Shown one piece after another: positions 41,133 to 49,659 of a DNA stretch of 55,682 nt; positions within the stretch are counted from its first letter, which is position 1; each line of letters begins with the position of its first letter. The stretch spans positions 1 to 55,682 of the forward strand of contig JASIAN010000067.1 in assembly GCA_030042035.1 (NCBI GenBank), read 5' to 3'. The notes beneath the pieces were generated by a model, which was given only the letters and a program-made list of their open reading frames with translations, did no database searches and was not told where the DNA came from. The stretch is from Alphaproteobacteria bacterium. Its GTDB lineage: Bacteria > Pseudomonadota > Alphaproteobacteria > ATCC43930 > CGMCC-115725. Both the position numbers and the translations under genes were made by a program.

Positions 41133-41654
41133 CTAAGCCGCTGTCGGTTTGGCGACGGCAAGCGGTTCGAGCGCCCTCGCAAACTCTGCGAGGCGCTCCC
41201 GATAACGCCCCGACGCCACGTCGCGCGCCGCGATCGCACAGACGGCGCGCGGCACCCTGCCCGCGATGCTTTGCATCTGCGCAAATGCCCTGGCGTCACC
41301 GGCTCCCCCGAGCGTGCAAAAGAACGCCACGTCAGGCAGCCGCTCTCTCGTCGCCATCAAATAGGCGCGAACGGGGGATGACACCGACCAGGCCCAGACC
41401 GGCGTGCCGACGATGACCAGATCGTAGGCCGACGGATCGCGCTTTTCCGGGCCGATTGGCGAAGAAACCTGTCTGCGGGCTTCGACGAGCGAGCGCAGAT
41501 AACCGAAAACACCCGAACGGCCCCGGATTTCGACGATCTCGTCAACCTCGCCACCGAGCATTTGAGCGAGCGCTTCGCCGACTTTTCGCGTCGTTCCGGA
41601 TCTCGAATAATACACTACAAGCGTGCGTTGCTGCGGCATCGCGGCCTCCGGCAA
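41133..41654 (-). CDS. Flavodoxin-like fold family protein
   Basis: TLVVYYSRSGTTRKVGEAL is an FMN phosphate-loop-like motif, followed by DLVIVGTPVWAWSV. The start at M1 or M6 is uncertain. Confidence 0.75.
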   Translation of the reverse strand: MPEAAMPQQRTLVVYYSRSGTTRKVGEALAQMLGGEVDEIVEIRGRSGVFGYLRSLVEARRQVSSPIGPEKRDPSAYDLVIVGTPVWAWSVSSPVRAYLMATRERLPDVAFFCTLGGAGDARAFAQMQSIAGRVPRAVCAIAARDVASGRYRERLAEFARALEPLAVAKPTAA

Positions 41655-41794
41655 GAGATCATATGACCCTGATAGCGCAAAGGACCCGCGGGCGGATTGC
41701 GACAGATCAAAGGGTTTGGACGGCCGGCATCACCCGGCTACCGCAAAAGAAGCTTTCCTTGAATGCGCGGCGCGCCGGTTTTGCCGCGCCGGCG

Positions 41795-42664
41795 CTACAC
41801 CGCGAGGCGGTAGGCGGCGCCGTCCTTGACGATATGGCCGGCCGTGGCGCCGGCGAAATGCGTGCCGATGACGAGCACCGGCCGGTCGCTGAGTTCGGCG
41901 AGCATGCGCTCGCGCGTGCGGCGCGCCTCGTCGGGATCGCTGTCGGCCAGCGTCGACCAGTCGGGCCGCGCGATCTGGCAGGGGTGGTGCATGAAGTCGC
42001 CGGTGATCAGCGCCTCTTCGCCTCTGGAGGAAATCCGCACACTGACATGTCCCGGCGTGTGGCCGAGCGTCGGCACGAGGCTCACTTCATCGCAGATGCG
42101 CGCGTCGGTCTCGACGAGCTCGGCGAGGCCACCGTCGCGGATCGGCGCGACCGAATCGGCAAACACGGCCGCCATGTCGTCGCGCTCCTGCTGCGCGCGC
42201 CAATGCTCGAACTCGACCCGGCCAAACAGATAGCGCGCCCGCGGAAATGCCGGGACCCATTTGCCGTCGACCAGCATCGTGTTCCAGCCGACATGATCGA
42301 CATGAAGATGCGTGCACAGGACCGTATCGATCGATTCGCGCGGGAAACCGGAAGCCGCGAGATCGGCCAGAAACGGACCCTGCAGATTGTTCCAGGTCGG
42401 GATGCGGCGGCCCTGTTTGTCGTTGCCGAGGCAGGTATCGACGAGGATGCGGTGGCTCGACGTTTCGACGACGAGCGCATGGATGCTCATCTTGAGGCGG
42501 CCGCGCTCGTCGGCGAAATGCGGCTGCAGCCACTGGATCGGCAGGATTTCGTCATACGTCGCCTGTGGCAGCAGAAAGCGGCTGCCGCCGGTCACCTCCA
42601 GTTCGACGATCTTCGTCACCGTCACGTCACCGATCCGCCATTTCATACCGCTCTCCGCCGTCAT
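41795..42664 (-). CDS. MBL-fold metallo-hydrolase (lactonase-like)
   Basis: HxHxDH motif CTHLHVDHVGW, TLGHTPGH and ITGDFMHH. Confidence 0.85.
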   Translation of the reverse strand: MTAESGMKWRIGDVTVTKIVELEVTGGSRFLLPQATYDEILPIQWLQPHFADERGRLKMSIHALVVETSSHRILVDTCLGNDKQGRRIPTWNNLQGPFLADLAASGFPRESIDTVLCTHLHVDHVGWNTMLVDGKWVPAFPRARYLFGRVEFEHWRAQQERDDMAAVFADSVAPIRDGGLAELVETDARICDEVSLVPTLGHTPGHVSVRISSRGEEALITGDFMHHPCQIARPDWSTLADSDPDEARRTRERMLAELSDRPVLVIGTHFAGATAGHIVKDGAAYRLAV

Positions 42665-42800
42665 TGCCGCGGTGAGCTTAGCGGCGGCCGGCCTGGTTCG
42701 TCACCGCCCGAATGCTCACGATGTGCCGGGGCCGGCTTGACAGGCCGAGGCTGCCGGGGTGGAGTGCAGACGCCCAGACGCGAGGGAGGACACGAGCGAC

Positions 42801-44012
42801 ATGGCCCGCACCGCAGCCGAGCGCTCTTCCCGCGACCGGCCCGAGCCAACCGCCGCGGATTATCTGGCGCGGGCGCGCGATTTCGCACCGACCCTCGCCG
42901 CCGCCGCGGCGGACATCGACGCGCGGCGCGAATTGCCGGAAGAGATCGTCGCGGCGCTCGTCGAGCGCGGATTGTTTCGCCTGCTGCAGCCGCGCACGCT
43001 CGGCGGCGCCGAACTCCTGCCGGCGGAATACGTGCCGATCATCGAGGAAATCGCCAAGACCGACGCCAGCGTCGCCTGGTGCCTCAACCAGAATTCCGGC
43101 TGCTCGATGACCGCGGCCTATCTCGCGCCGGCGGTTGCGCGCGAGATTTTCGGCGGACCGCGCGGCATCCTCGCGTGGGGGCCGGGACCGGGCGAGGCGC
43201 GGATCGCACCGGGCGGTTATCGCGTCACCGCGACCTTCAGCTTCGGCAGCGGCAGCCACCATGCGACCTGGCTCGGCTGCCATGCCCCGGTCGTCGAAGC
43301 AGATGGCCGGCCGCGGCTTGACGATGCCGGCGCGCCGGTCGTGCGCACGATGCTGTTCCCGAAGAGCCAGACCAGATTCACCGACATCTGGCACACGATC
43401 GGGCTGCGCGGCACCGGCAGCGACCAGTACGAAGTGAAGGACTTGTTTGTGCCCGAGGCCTATTCGGTCGATGTCTTGTCGCGACGCGCCGGACCCGCGC
43501 GCGAAGAGGGCCTGCTCTACCGCTTCAGCTCGCTGATCCTCTATGCGTCAGGCTTTGCCGGCGTCGCGCTTGGCATCGCGCGCGCCACGCTCTCCCATTT
43601 CATCGATTTGGCGCACGACAAAATCCCGCGCGGCGCGCCGAGCACGATGCGCAACAACAACGTCACGCAGCGCGAGACCGCGCTCGCCGAGGCGCGGCTC
43701 ACCTCGGCCAGGCGCTATCTCCTGGGCTCGCTCGACGACATCACCGCCGCGGTCGCCGGGCGCGGCCATCTGACGCTCGACGAGCGCATGACGATCCGGC
43801 TGGCCTCGACCTTTGCGATCCACACCGCGGTCGAAGTCACCGACATGCTCTATCAATCCGCCGGCGCCACCGCGATCTTCAATGACAACCCGTTCGAGCG
43901 CCGCTTCCGTGATGTCCATTCGGTCGCGCAGCAGTTGCAAGGCCGGCAGCAGCATTTCGAAACGGTCGGGCAATATCTGCTCGGCCTGTCGGGCGACACC
44001 AGCTGGCTGTGA
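42801..44012 (+). CDS. Acyl-CoA-dehydrogenase-fold flavin-dependent monooxygenase, oxygenase component (HsaA/HpaH-C2-like)
   Basis: GLFRLLQPRTLGGAEL, DASVAWCLNQ, HTIGLRGTGSDQYEV and FRDVHSVAQQLQ. The start is at MARTAAE with a GGGAGGA RBS. Confidence 0.75.
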   Translation: MARTAAERSSRDRPEPTAADYLARARDFAPTLAAAAADIDARRELPEEIVAALVERGLFRLLQPRTLGGAELLPAEYVPIIEEIAKTDASVAWCLNQNSGCSMTAAYLAPAVAREIFGGPRGILAWGPGPGEARIAPGGYRVTATFSFGSGSHHATWLGCHAPVVEADGRPRLDDAGAPVVRTMLFPKSQTRFTDIWHTIGLRGTGSDQYEVKDLFVPEAYSVDVLSRRAGPAREEGLLYRFSSLILYASGFAGVALGIARATLSHFIDLAHDKIPRGAPSTMRNNNVTQRETALAEARLTSARRYLLGSLDDITAAVAGRGHLTLDERMTIRLASTFAIHTAVEVTDMLYQSAGATAIFNDNPFERRFRDVHSVAQQLQGRQQHFETVGQYLLGLSGDTSWL

Positions 44013-44028
44013 CCGCGCCGAGCGCGCG

Positions 44029-45882
44029 CTAATTCCCGATCAGCGCCGCGGCGCGTTCGGCTTCGGCCTGCTGGCGCGCCCACATCGCGGCGTAGGTGCC
44101 GCCGGCCGCGAGGAGCGCGCGATGGCGCCCGCGCTCGGCGATGCGGCCCTGATCGAGCACAAGGATTTCGTCGGCATCGACGATCGTCGACAGGCGATGG
44201 GCGATGACGAGCGTCGTGCGGTCGGCCGCGACCTCGGCGAGGCTCCGCTGGATGTCGCGCTCGGTCTTTGTGTCGAGCGCCGAGGTGGCCTCGTCGAAGA
44301 TCAGGATCTCCGGCGCCTTCAACACGACGCGGGCGATCGCGACGCGCTGCTTCTCGCCGCCTGACAGCTTGAGGCCGCGCTCGCCGACGAGCGTGTCGTA
44401 GCCGTCGGGCAGCGCGGCGACGAAATCGTGGATATGAGCGCGCCGCGCCGCCGCCTCGATGTCGGCGCTGCTCGCGTCGGGTCGGCCATAGGCGATGTTG
44501 TAAAAGATCGTGTCGTTGAACAGCACGGTGTCCTGTGGGACGACGCCGATCGCACGCCTGAGGCTGTCTTGCGTCACGTCGCGGATATCCTCGCCGTCGA
44601 TCTCGATCGCGCCGCGCCCCACATCGTAGAAGCGGAACAAGAGGCGCGCGATCGTCGATTTGCCGGCGCCGCTGGGCCCGACGATCGCGACCGTGGCGCC
44701 GGGTGGCACGGCGAAATCGATGTCGTGGAGGATCGGTCGGCGCGGGTCGTAGGCGAAATCGACGTGGCGGAACGCGACCCGGCCGCGCCGCACGGCCAAG
44801 GCAGGCGCGCCGCGCCGGTCCGCGATCTCCGGCGCGATCTTTAACAGGCCCAGCATCTGCTCGAGATCGGTCAGCGACTGTTTGATGTTGCGATAGACGA
44901 CGCCGAGGAAGTTCAATGGTGTGTAGAGCTGAATCAGGTAGGTATTGACCAGCACGAAATCGCCGACCGTCATGCGGCCGGCCGCGACCCCCTCGCCCGC
45001 CAGCACCATGATGCCGACGAGGCCGCCGGCGATGATCGTTCCTTGGCCGACGTTGAGCAGCGACAGCGTTGTCTGGCTCGTGATTGCGGCGCGCTCGTAA
45101 GCGGCGAGCGCCCGGTCGTAACGCGCGATCTCGTGCGCCTCGTTGGCGAAGTACTTGACCGTTTCGTAATTGAGCAGCGCATCGACCGATTTTGTGTTGG
45201 CCTCGGTATTGCGCTCGTTCATCTCGCGGCGGGCGCGGATGCGCCAGTCGGTCACGAGAAACGTGAAGACGACATAGAGAACGATCGTCGCGAACGTCGC
45301 GCCGGCAAAGCTCCAGCTGTAAAAGCGCCACAGGATCGCGCAGACGATCGCGATCTCAACGAACGTCGGCACGATGTTGAACACCATGACCGACAAGAGG
45401 AAATCGATGCCGGCGGTGCCGCGTTCGACGGCGCGAGCGAGGCCGCCGGTGCGCCGTTCAAGATGAAAGCGCAGTGACAGCGAATGGATGTGGCGAAACA
45501 CATTGAGCGCGATCTGCCGCAGCGCACGCTGCCCGACCTTGGCGAAGACGCCGTCGCGCAATTGGTTGAACGCCTGCGACAACATGCGCGCAGCGCCATA
45601 GGCGAGGACCGCCGCAACCGGCACCGCGACGAGACCGGGATGCGGCGCCAGCGCATCGACTGCGCGCTTGTAGAACCACGGGATCGTTATTGTGGCGAGC
45701 TTGCCGGCAAGCAGCAGCATCAGTGCGGCGACGACGCGCAGCCGCAACTCGACGGAATCCTTCGGCCACAGATAGGGCCAGAGTCCCTTCAGCGCCCGCA
45801 GGCCTCCGCCGAGGCGCTCGTCGGCTGCGGGCAGGCTGCCGCTTGCCGCAGGGCCGCCGGTCACCCGGCCGTGCGGTCGCAT
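44029..45882 (-). CDS. ABC transporter, fused permease/ATPase, ATM1/HMT1-type exporter
   Basis: LKGLWPYLWPKD..., six TM helices, Walker A GPSGAGKST, signature LSGGEKQRVAIAR and Walker B ILIFDEATSALD. The start is at MRPHGRV (617 aa). The longer track ORF would overlap the upstream MFS gene. Confidence 0.88.
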   Translation of the reverse strand: MRPHGRVTGGPAASGSLPAADERLGGGLRALKGLWPYLWPKDSVELRLRVVAALMLLLAGKLATITIPWFYKRAVDALAPHPGLVAVPVAAVLAYGAARMLSQAFNQLRDGVFAKVGQRALRQIALNVFRHIHSLSLRFHLERRTGGLARAVERGTAGIDFLLSVMVFNIVPTFVEIAIVCAILWRFYSWSFAGATFATIVLYVVFTFLVTDWRIRARREMNERNTEANTKSVDALLNYETVKYFANEAHEIARYDRALAAYERAAITSQTTLSLLNVGQGTIIAGGLVGIMVLAGEGVAAGRMTVGDFVLVNTYLIQLYTPLNFLGVVYRNIKQSLTDLEQMLGLLKIAPEIADRRGAPALAVRRGRVAFRHVDFAYDPRRPILHDIDFAVPPGATVAIVGPSGAGKSTIARLLFRFYDVGRGAIEIDGEDIRDVTQDSLRRAIGVVPQDTVLFNDTIFYNIAYGRPDASSADIEAAARRAHIHDFVAALPDGYDTLVGERGLKLSGGEKQRVAIARVVLKAPEILIFDEATSALDTKTERDIQRSLAEVAADRTTLVIAHRLSTIVDADEILVLDQGRIAERGRHRALLAAGGTYAAMWARQQAEAERAAALIGN

Positions 45883-45895
45883 TGCCGGGCGAGGG

Positions 45896-47095
45896 TTATT
45901 TTGCCGGGCCGAGCGGCTCTGCCGGCGCCGGCAGCGGCGCCGCGACCCGCGCCAGCCGCCAGCCGAGCGCCAACGCGCCGACAACCAGCATGGCTGACCA
46001 GAAATAGGGGCTGCTGTACCCGAAATCGGCAAACAGATAGCCCGCCATCGGCGGCCCGACCACGCGCGCGAGGCTGCCGACCGATCGCGTGACGCCCAGC
46101 ACCTCGCCCTGCTCCGCCTCCCCGGCGCGGCGCGAGATGAGGCTGTTGAGCGCCGGCTGGCTGAGACCGAGGCCGATCGCCAGCAGCGCAAAGGCGCCGA
46201 GCAGAACCGGCAGATCGACCGAAAACGGCACGATGAGCAGGCCGGCGGCAAGCAGCACCAGACCCCACGACAACAGCGGCTCCTCGCCGTAGCGCTTGGT
46301 CAGACGGCGGGTCAAGCCGCCCTGCAGGATGGCCGACAGCAGCCCGAGATAGGCGAACACGTAGCCGACTTTTTCCGGCCCCCACTGCAACCGCCGCAAT
46401 GCCCATAACGCAAAAATGCTCTCCATTGCCGCAAACGCCAGGGTTACCAGGAAAAAAATCGCGATGAGACGCGACAGGACCGGCCGGCGCAACGCGCCAA
46501 AGAGCGATGCGAAGCGGCCGAGCCTGTCAGCCGAGCCGCGGCGTTCCGGCGCCAGGCTCTCGCGCAGCACGGACAGCACGCCGCACAGCGCGAGGAAGGA
46601 CAGCCCGGCAGCAACCCAGGCCGGGGTCTGCAGATCGGCGGTTGCCAGATTGCTGCCGGCGAGAAAACCGCCGAGCGCCGGCCCGAAAATAAAACCGAGG
46701 CCGAAGGCGGCGCCGATCATGCCCATGCCGTGCGCCCGGTTGTCGGCCGTCGTCATATCGGCGATGTAGGCCTGTGCGGCGGCAATGTTGCCAGCGCAGG
46801 CGCCGGCGAGCGCACGCGCGACAAACAGCATCCACAGATCGGTCGCGGCGCCGAGCCAGATATAGGCGAAGACGGCAGCCGCCATGCTCGACATCAACAC
46901 CGGCCGGCGGCCGATGCGATCGCTGAGCCGGCCCCAGAACGGCGCTGTTATCAGCTGCGCCAGCGAATAGGTCGCCAGCAGCCACGTCACCTCCGGCGCC
47001 GTTGCGCCGAACCTGACCCCGTAGAAGGGCAACAGCGGGATGACGAGGCCGAACCCGACGAGGTCGATAAAGACGATGAAGAAGATGGTGGCCAT
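45896..47095 (-). CDS. MFS efflux transporter (TetA/DHA1-like)
   Basis: IFFIVFIDLVGFGLVIPLLPFY...GRLSDRIGRRPVLM is motif A. 12 TM helices. The stop lies 13 nt before the ABC exporter start. Confidence 0.88.
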   Translation of the reverse strand: MATIFFIVFIDLVGFGLVIPLLPFYGVRFGATAPEVTWLLATYSLAQLITAPFWGRLSDRIGRRPVLMSSMAAAVFAYIWLGAATDLWMLFVARALAGACAGNIAAAQAYIADMTTADNRAHGMGMIGAAFGLGFIFGPALGGFLAGSNLATADLQTPAWVAAGLSFLALCGVLSVLRESLAPERRGSADRLGRFASLFGALRRPVLSRLIAIFFLVTLAFAAMESIFALWALRRLQWGPEKVGYVFAYLGLLSAILQGGLTRRLTKRYGEEPLLSWGLVLLAAGLLIVPFSVDLPVLLGAFALLAIGLGLSQPALNSLISRRAGEAEQGEVLGVTRSVGSLARVVGPPMAGYLFADFGYSSPYFWSAMLVVGALALGWRLARVAAPLPAPAEPLGPAK

Positions 47096-47289
47096 CGGCT
47101 CGGTGATATCGCGACGGCGGGCCCGGGAACAAGGGAGGGATCGTCGCGGCCCGTGATTCGCACGCTCTCTCGCCCTGCCGCGGCGATCCGGAGGGGCCGC
47201 CGGTGGATCGGTTTTTTGTTAAATCCGCGCGATATCGAATTAAAAAACAGCTCGCTTCACAGGCGAATTTCGCGCGACACGGTAGCGTA

Positions 47290-47305
47290 TTAACGGCCCC
47301 TTAAC
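47290..47305. promoter_or_regulatory. CtrA-type box TTAA-N7-TTAAC in the divergent MFS/flp intergenic region
   Basis: TTAACGGCCCCTTAAC lies 266 bp upstream of the flp-1 ATG and 195 bp upstream of the MFS start. Confidence 0.45.
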
Positions 47306-47570
47306 CGGCCGGGGGGTTAGCTGGACGCGCAATCAAACAGGAGCCTTTGCGACGGCTATGGCCCAACGTGTGACCAGGGTTCGTTCGGTCTTTTGCGGCT
47401 TTCGTGGAGTTCGCGCCGTGACGGCCGCAACGTCGTCGATCGCCGCCGCGGCTTCGATCCTGCGATTGCGCCGCTCCAGTCGGTCGGCACCGTACTGGGC
47501 TGCATGTTCAACGCCCGTCGCGTCCGACTTGTAACACCAGCGGCGCATCGGCCAACGAGGAGAATATCAG

Positions 47571-47759
47571 ATGCGGGTTCTCGGCAATGTCATCAATCCT
47601 GGCGTCGTGCTTCGGCGAATGCTGCGCGACGAGAGCGGCGCGACCGCGATCGAATACGGCCTTATCGCCGCGCTGATCGCGGTCGCCGCGATCGCTGCGT
47701 TCCGCCTCGTCGGCACCAACCTCAGCTCGATCTTCAACACCGTCGCGACCGATCTCTGA
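47571..47759 (+). CDS. flp: Flp-family type IVb pilin (copy 1)
   Basis: Leader ...LRDESG then mature ATAIEYGLIAALIAVAAIAAF (G/xxxEY Flp motif). GAGGAG RBS 8 nt upstream. Confidence 0.9.
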   Translation: MRVLGNVINPGVVLRRMLRDESGATAIEYGLIAALIAVAAIAAFRLVGTNLSSIFNTVATDL

Positions 47760-47796
47760 CGATCGGCGGCGCGGGTTCAGCACCGGAGGTTTTGCA

Positions 47797-47985
47797 ATGC
47801 GGGTATTTCAGCAAATCATCGGACGCGATGCGGTTCTCGGGCGCCTGCTGCGCGACGAGGGCGGCGCGACCGCAATTGAATACGGGCTCATCGCCGCGCT
47901 GATCGCGGTTGCCGCGATCGCCGCGTTCCGCCTGGTCGGCACCAATCTCAGCTCGATCTTCAACACCGTCGCGACCGACCTGTGA
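47797..47985 (+). CDS. flp: Flp-family type IVb pilin (copy 2)
   Basis: Leader ...LRDEGG then the same mature peptide as copy 1. GGAGG RBS 8 nt upstream. Confidence 0.9.
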   Translation: MRVFQQIIGRDAVLGRLLRDEGGATAIEYGLIAALIAVAAIAAFRLVGTNLSSIFNTVATDL

Positions 47986-47999
47986 CGTAAGGCGCCGGC

Positions 48000-48031
48000 G
48001 GCGCCCTGCCCTGTTGATCTATGGGGCAGGG
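48000..48031. terminator. GC-rich hairpin between the convergent flp-2 and HD-domain genes (candidate bidirectional terminator)
   Basis: CGCCCTGCCC (48000-48009) pairs with GGGCAGGGCG (48022-48031) across a 12-nt loop. There is no clear U-tract. Confidence 0.35.
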
Positions 48032-48068
48032 CGAGGCCGGCGTCGGCGTCTTACCCGCTGCCGGCCGA

Positions 48069-48830
48069 CTACAGGTATTTGGCCGGGCGGATCATCGCGC
48101 GCCACATATGCGCGACCGGGCTGTTGTCGAACCCCAGCCCTTCCTTCGGCTGGCGGAAGTTGCGGCCGATGATGTCGGTGAACTCCTCCAGCTCGACATG
48201 CACATTGGGGTCGAACGAATAGATGTCGTGCACGGTGATCATCCGGCCCGACATGTACCATTTGTGATCGCGCATCCGGCGGTAGTCTTCTTCGATGTAG
48301 GGGTCGGGCCGGTAATCGGCGCCGAACGTGGCGACGTAGGACTGCGGATACTCGTACCCGACCGAATCGTCGGGATAGAAGCGCAGCACCTGATGAGCGC
48401 GGATCGCCCACGCCACCTCCGCATCGACATAGGGCTCGACGAGTTGCGCGCCCCAATAGCCGTGGTCGCCACGGATAAAGCCGATCGTCGAGATGTCGTG
48501 CAAAAGGCAGGCAAGCACCATCTTCTCGCCGAGGCCGCCTCGGACCGCGTGCCGTGCGCTTTGCAAGAGATGCATGCACGGCCCGAAGCGATACTTGAAA
48601 AAGTCAATCAGCGTCGGCCGTTCGGGCATTTCCGGCAGGCGCGGGTCATCGCCCATCAACACGCGAGCCCGCGGATTGGCCGCCATCAGGCGGGCGGCGT
48701 TGGGCGGCGGGGAAAGATCGCCATCGGCCAGACTGTAAAGTCGCGATTTTATGACGATGTAATCGAGCTCGTCGCTCATCTGCTTTTCGAGCGCGTCGGC
48801 CCGCTCGCTCAGCGTCATCGCATCGTTCAT
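48069..48830 (-). CDS. HD-domain-containing protein
   Basis: ACLLHDISTIGF...RAHQ contains the H..HD metal-binding pattern. The start is at MNDAMTLSE with a GGAGGAAAG RBS. Confidence 0.65.
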   Translation of the reverse strand: MNDAMTLSERADALEKQMSDELDYIVIKSRLYSLADGDLSPPPNAARLMAANPRARVLMGDDPRLPEMPERPTLIDFFKYRFGPCMHLLQSARHAVRGGLGEKMVLACLLHDISTIGFIRGDHGYWGAQLVEPYVDAEVAWAIRAHQVLRFYPDDSVGYEYPQSYVATFGADYRPDPYIEEDYRRMRDHKWYMSGRMITVHDIYSFDPNVHVELEEFTDIIGRNFRQPKEGLGFDNSPVAHMWRAMIRPAKYL

Positions 48831-48927
48831 CGGTCTTTCCTCCGTTTCTGCACCGCCGGCGCAGCCTAACAGAGGCTCCGCCGGCTGCAACTGCGTTCGC
48901 CCCTGCCGCACGCGGGCAACGCCGCTG

Positions 48928-49533
48928 TCAGCCCGGCGGTTTCATCGCCACGTCGAGCATGACGTTGGGCAACAGCTCGCGCAGGATGCCGCGCAGCGTT
49001 GCTTCGTCGGTCGCCGTCGCCGCCGCCAGCAGGCGGCGCGAAGTGCGGCGCAGGATGCGCGCCGTCGCGCGGCCCTCGGGTCCCGGGCGGATCGTCGCGA
49101 ACACTTCTGCCGGCTCGACGCGGCGCAGCGCGCGCTTCAGCGCCTGCAACCCCTCGCCGGTTTCGGCATCAAACGCCGGCGCCTCGGTCTCGGGCTCGGC
49201 CTCTTCATCGACCGTCGCCTCCACCGCCTCAACCGGCCGGTGCCGCGCCAGCGACTGGTAAATCGCGCGCCCGGCCTCGGTGTCGATGCGCGATTGCAAC
49301 TCCCAGCTTTCGCCGCGCGTCGACAATTCGGTGATCAGCGCGAACAGGTCGTCGCAATCTTCCTCATGCGTACACGTCAGAAACGCCAGCCGCCCCTCAT
49401 GCTCAATGACGCGGTCATCGTCCTCGGCAAAGCCCAGTTCGTTGAGCGCGTTGTCGAGGGCGCGGCGGGAGGCGACAAGAAGCACCGTCACGTGCAGCCG
49501 GCCGATCGCCTCAGGGGCTTCTTTTTCAGCCAT
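48928..49533 (-). CDS. Hypothetical protein with an acidic central linker
   Basis: 202-codon ORF on the same strand as rodA, 126 nt downstream of it. I recognise no motif. The start is at MAEKEAP. Confidence 0.5.
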   Translation of the reverse strand: MAEKEAPEAIGRLHVTVLLVASRRALDNALNELGFAEDDDRVIEHEGRLAFLTCTHEEDCDDLFALITELSTRGESWELQSRIDTEAGRAIYQSLARHRPVEAVEATVDEEAEPETEAPAFDAETGEGLQALKRALRRVEPAEVFATIRPGPEGRATARILRRTSRRLLAAATATDEATLRGILRELLPNVMLDVAMKPPG

Positions 49534-49659
49534 CGCTTCTCCTCGACCGAGCCGCTCGCCCAGCCCCGAGCAGGGTCCGGACGGGTGCAGGAAAACCGAA
49601 TACAAGCTGCGGGGCTTGCGGCGCAACCCCGTTATCCCGCCATGCCGCAGGGCCCGCAG

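Noticed and set aside
45883-46251. N-terminal extension of the ABC exporter ORF to 740 aa
   Set aside because: It would overlap the 3' part of the upstream MFS gene in another frame, and the extension is Arg/Ser/Cys-rich junk. The ATM1-type N-terminus begins near MRPHGRV at 45882.
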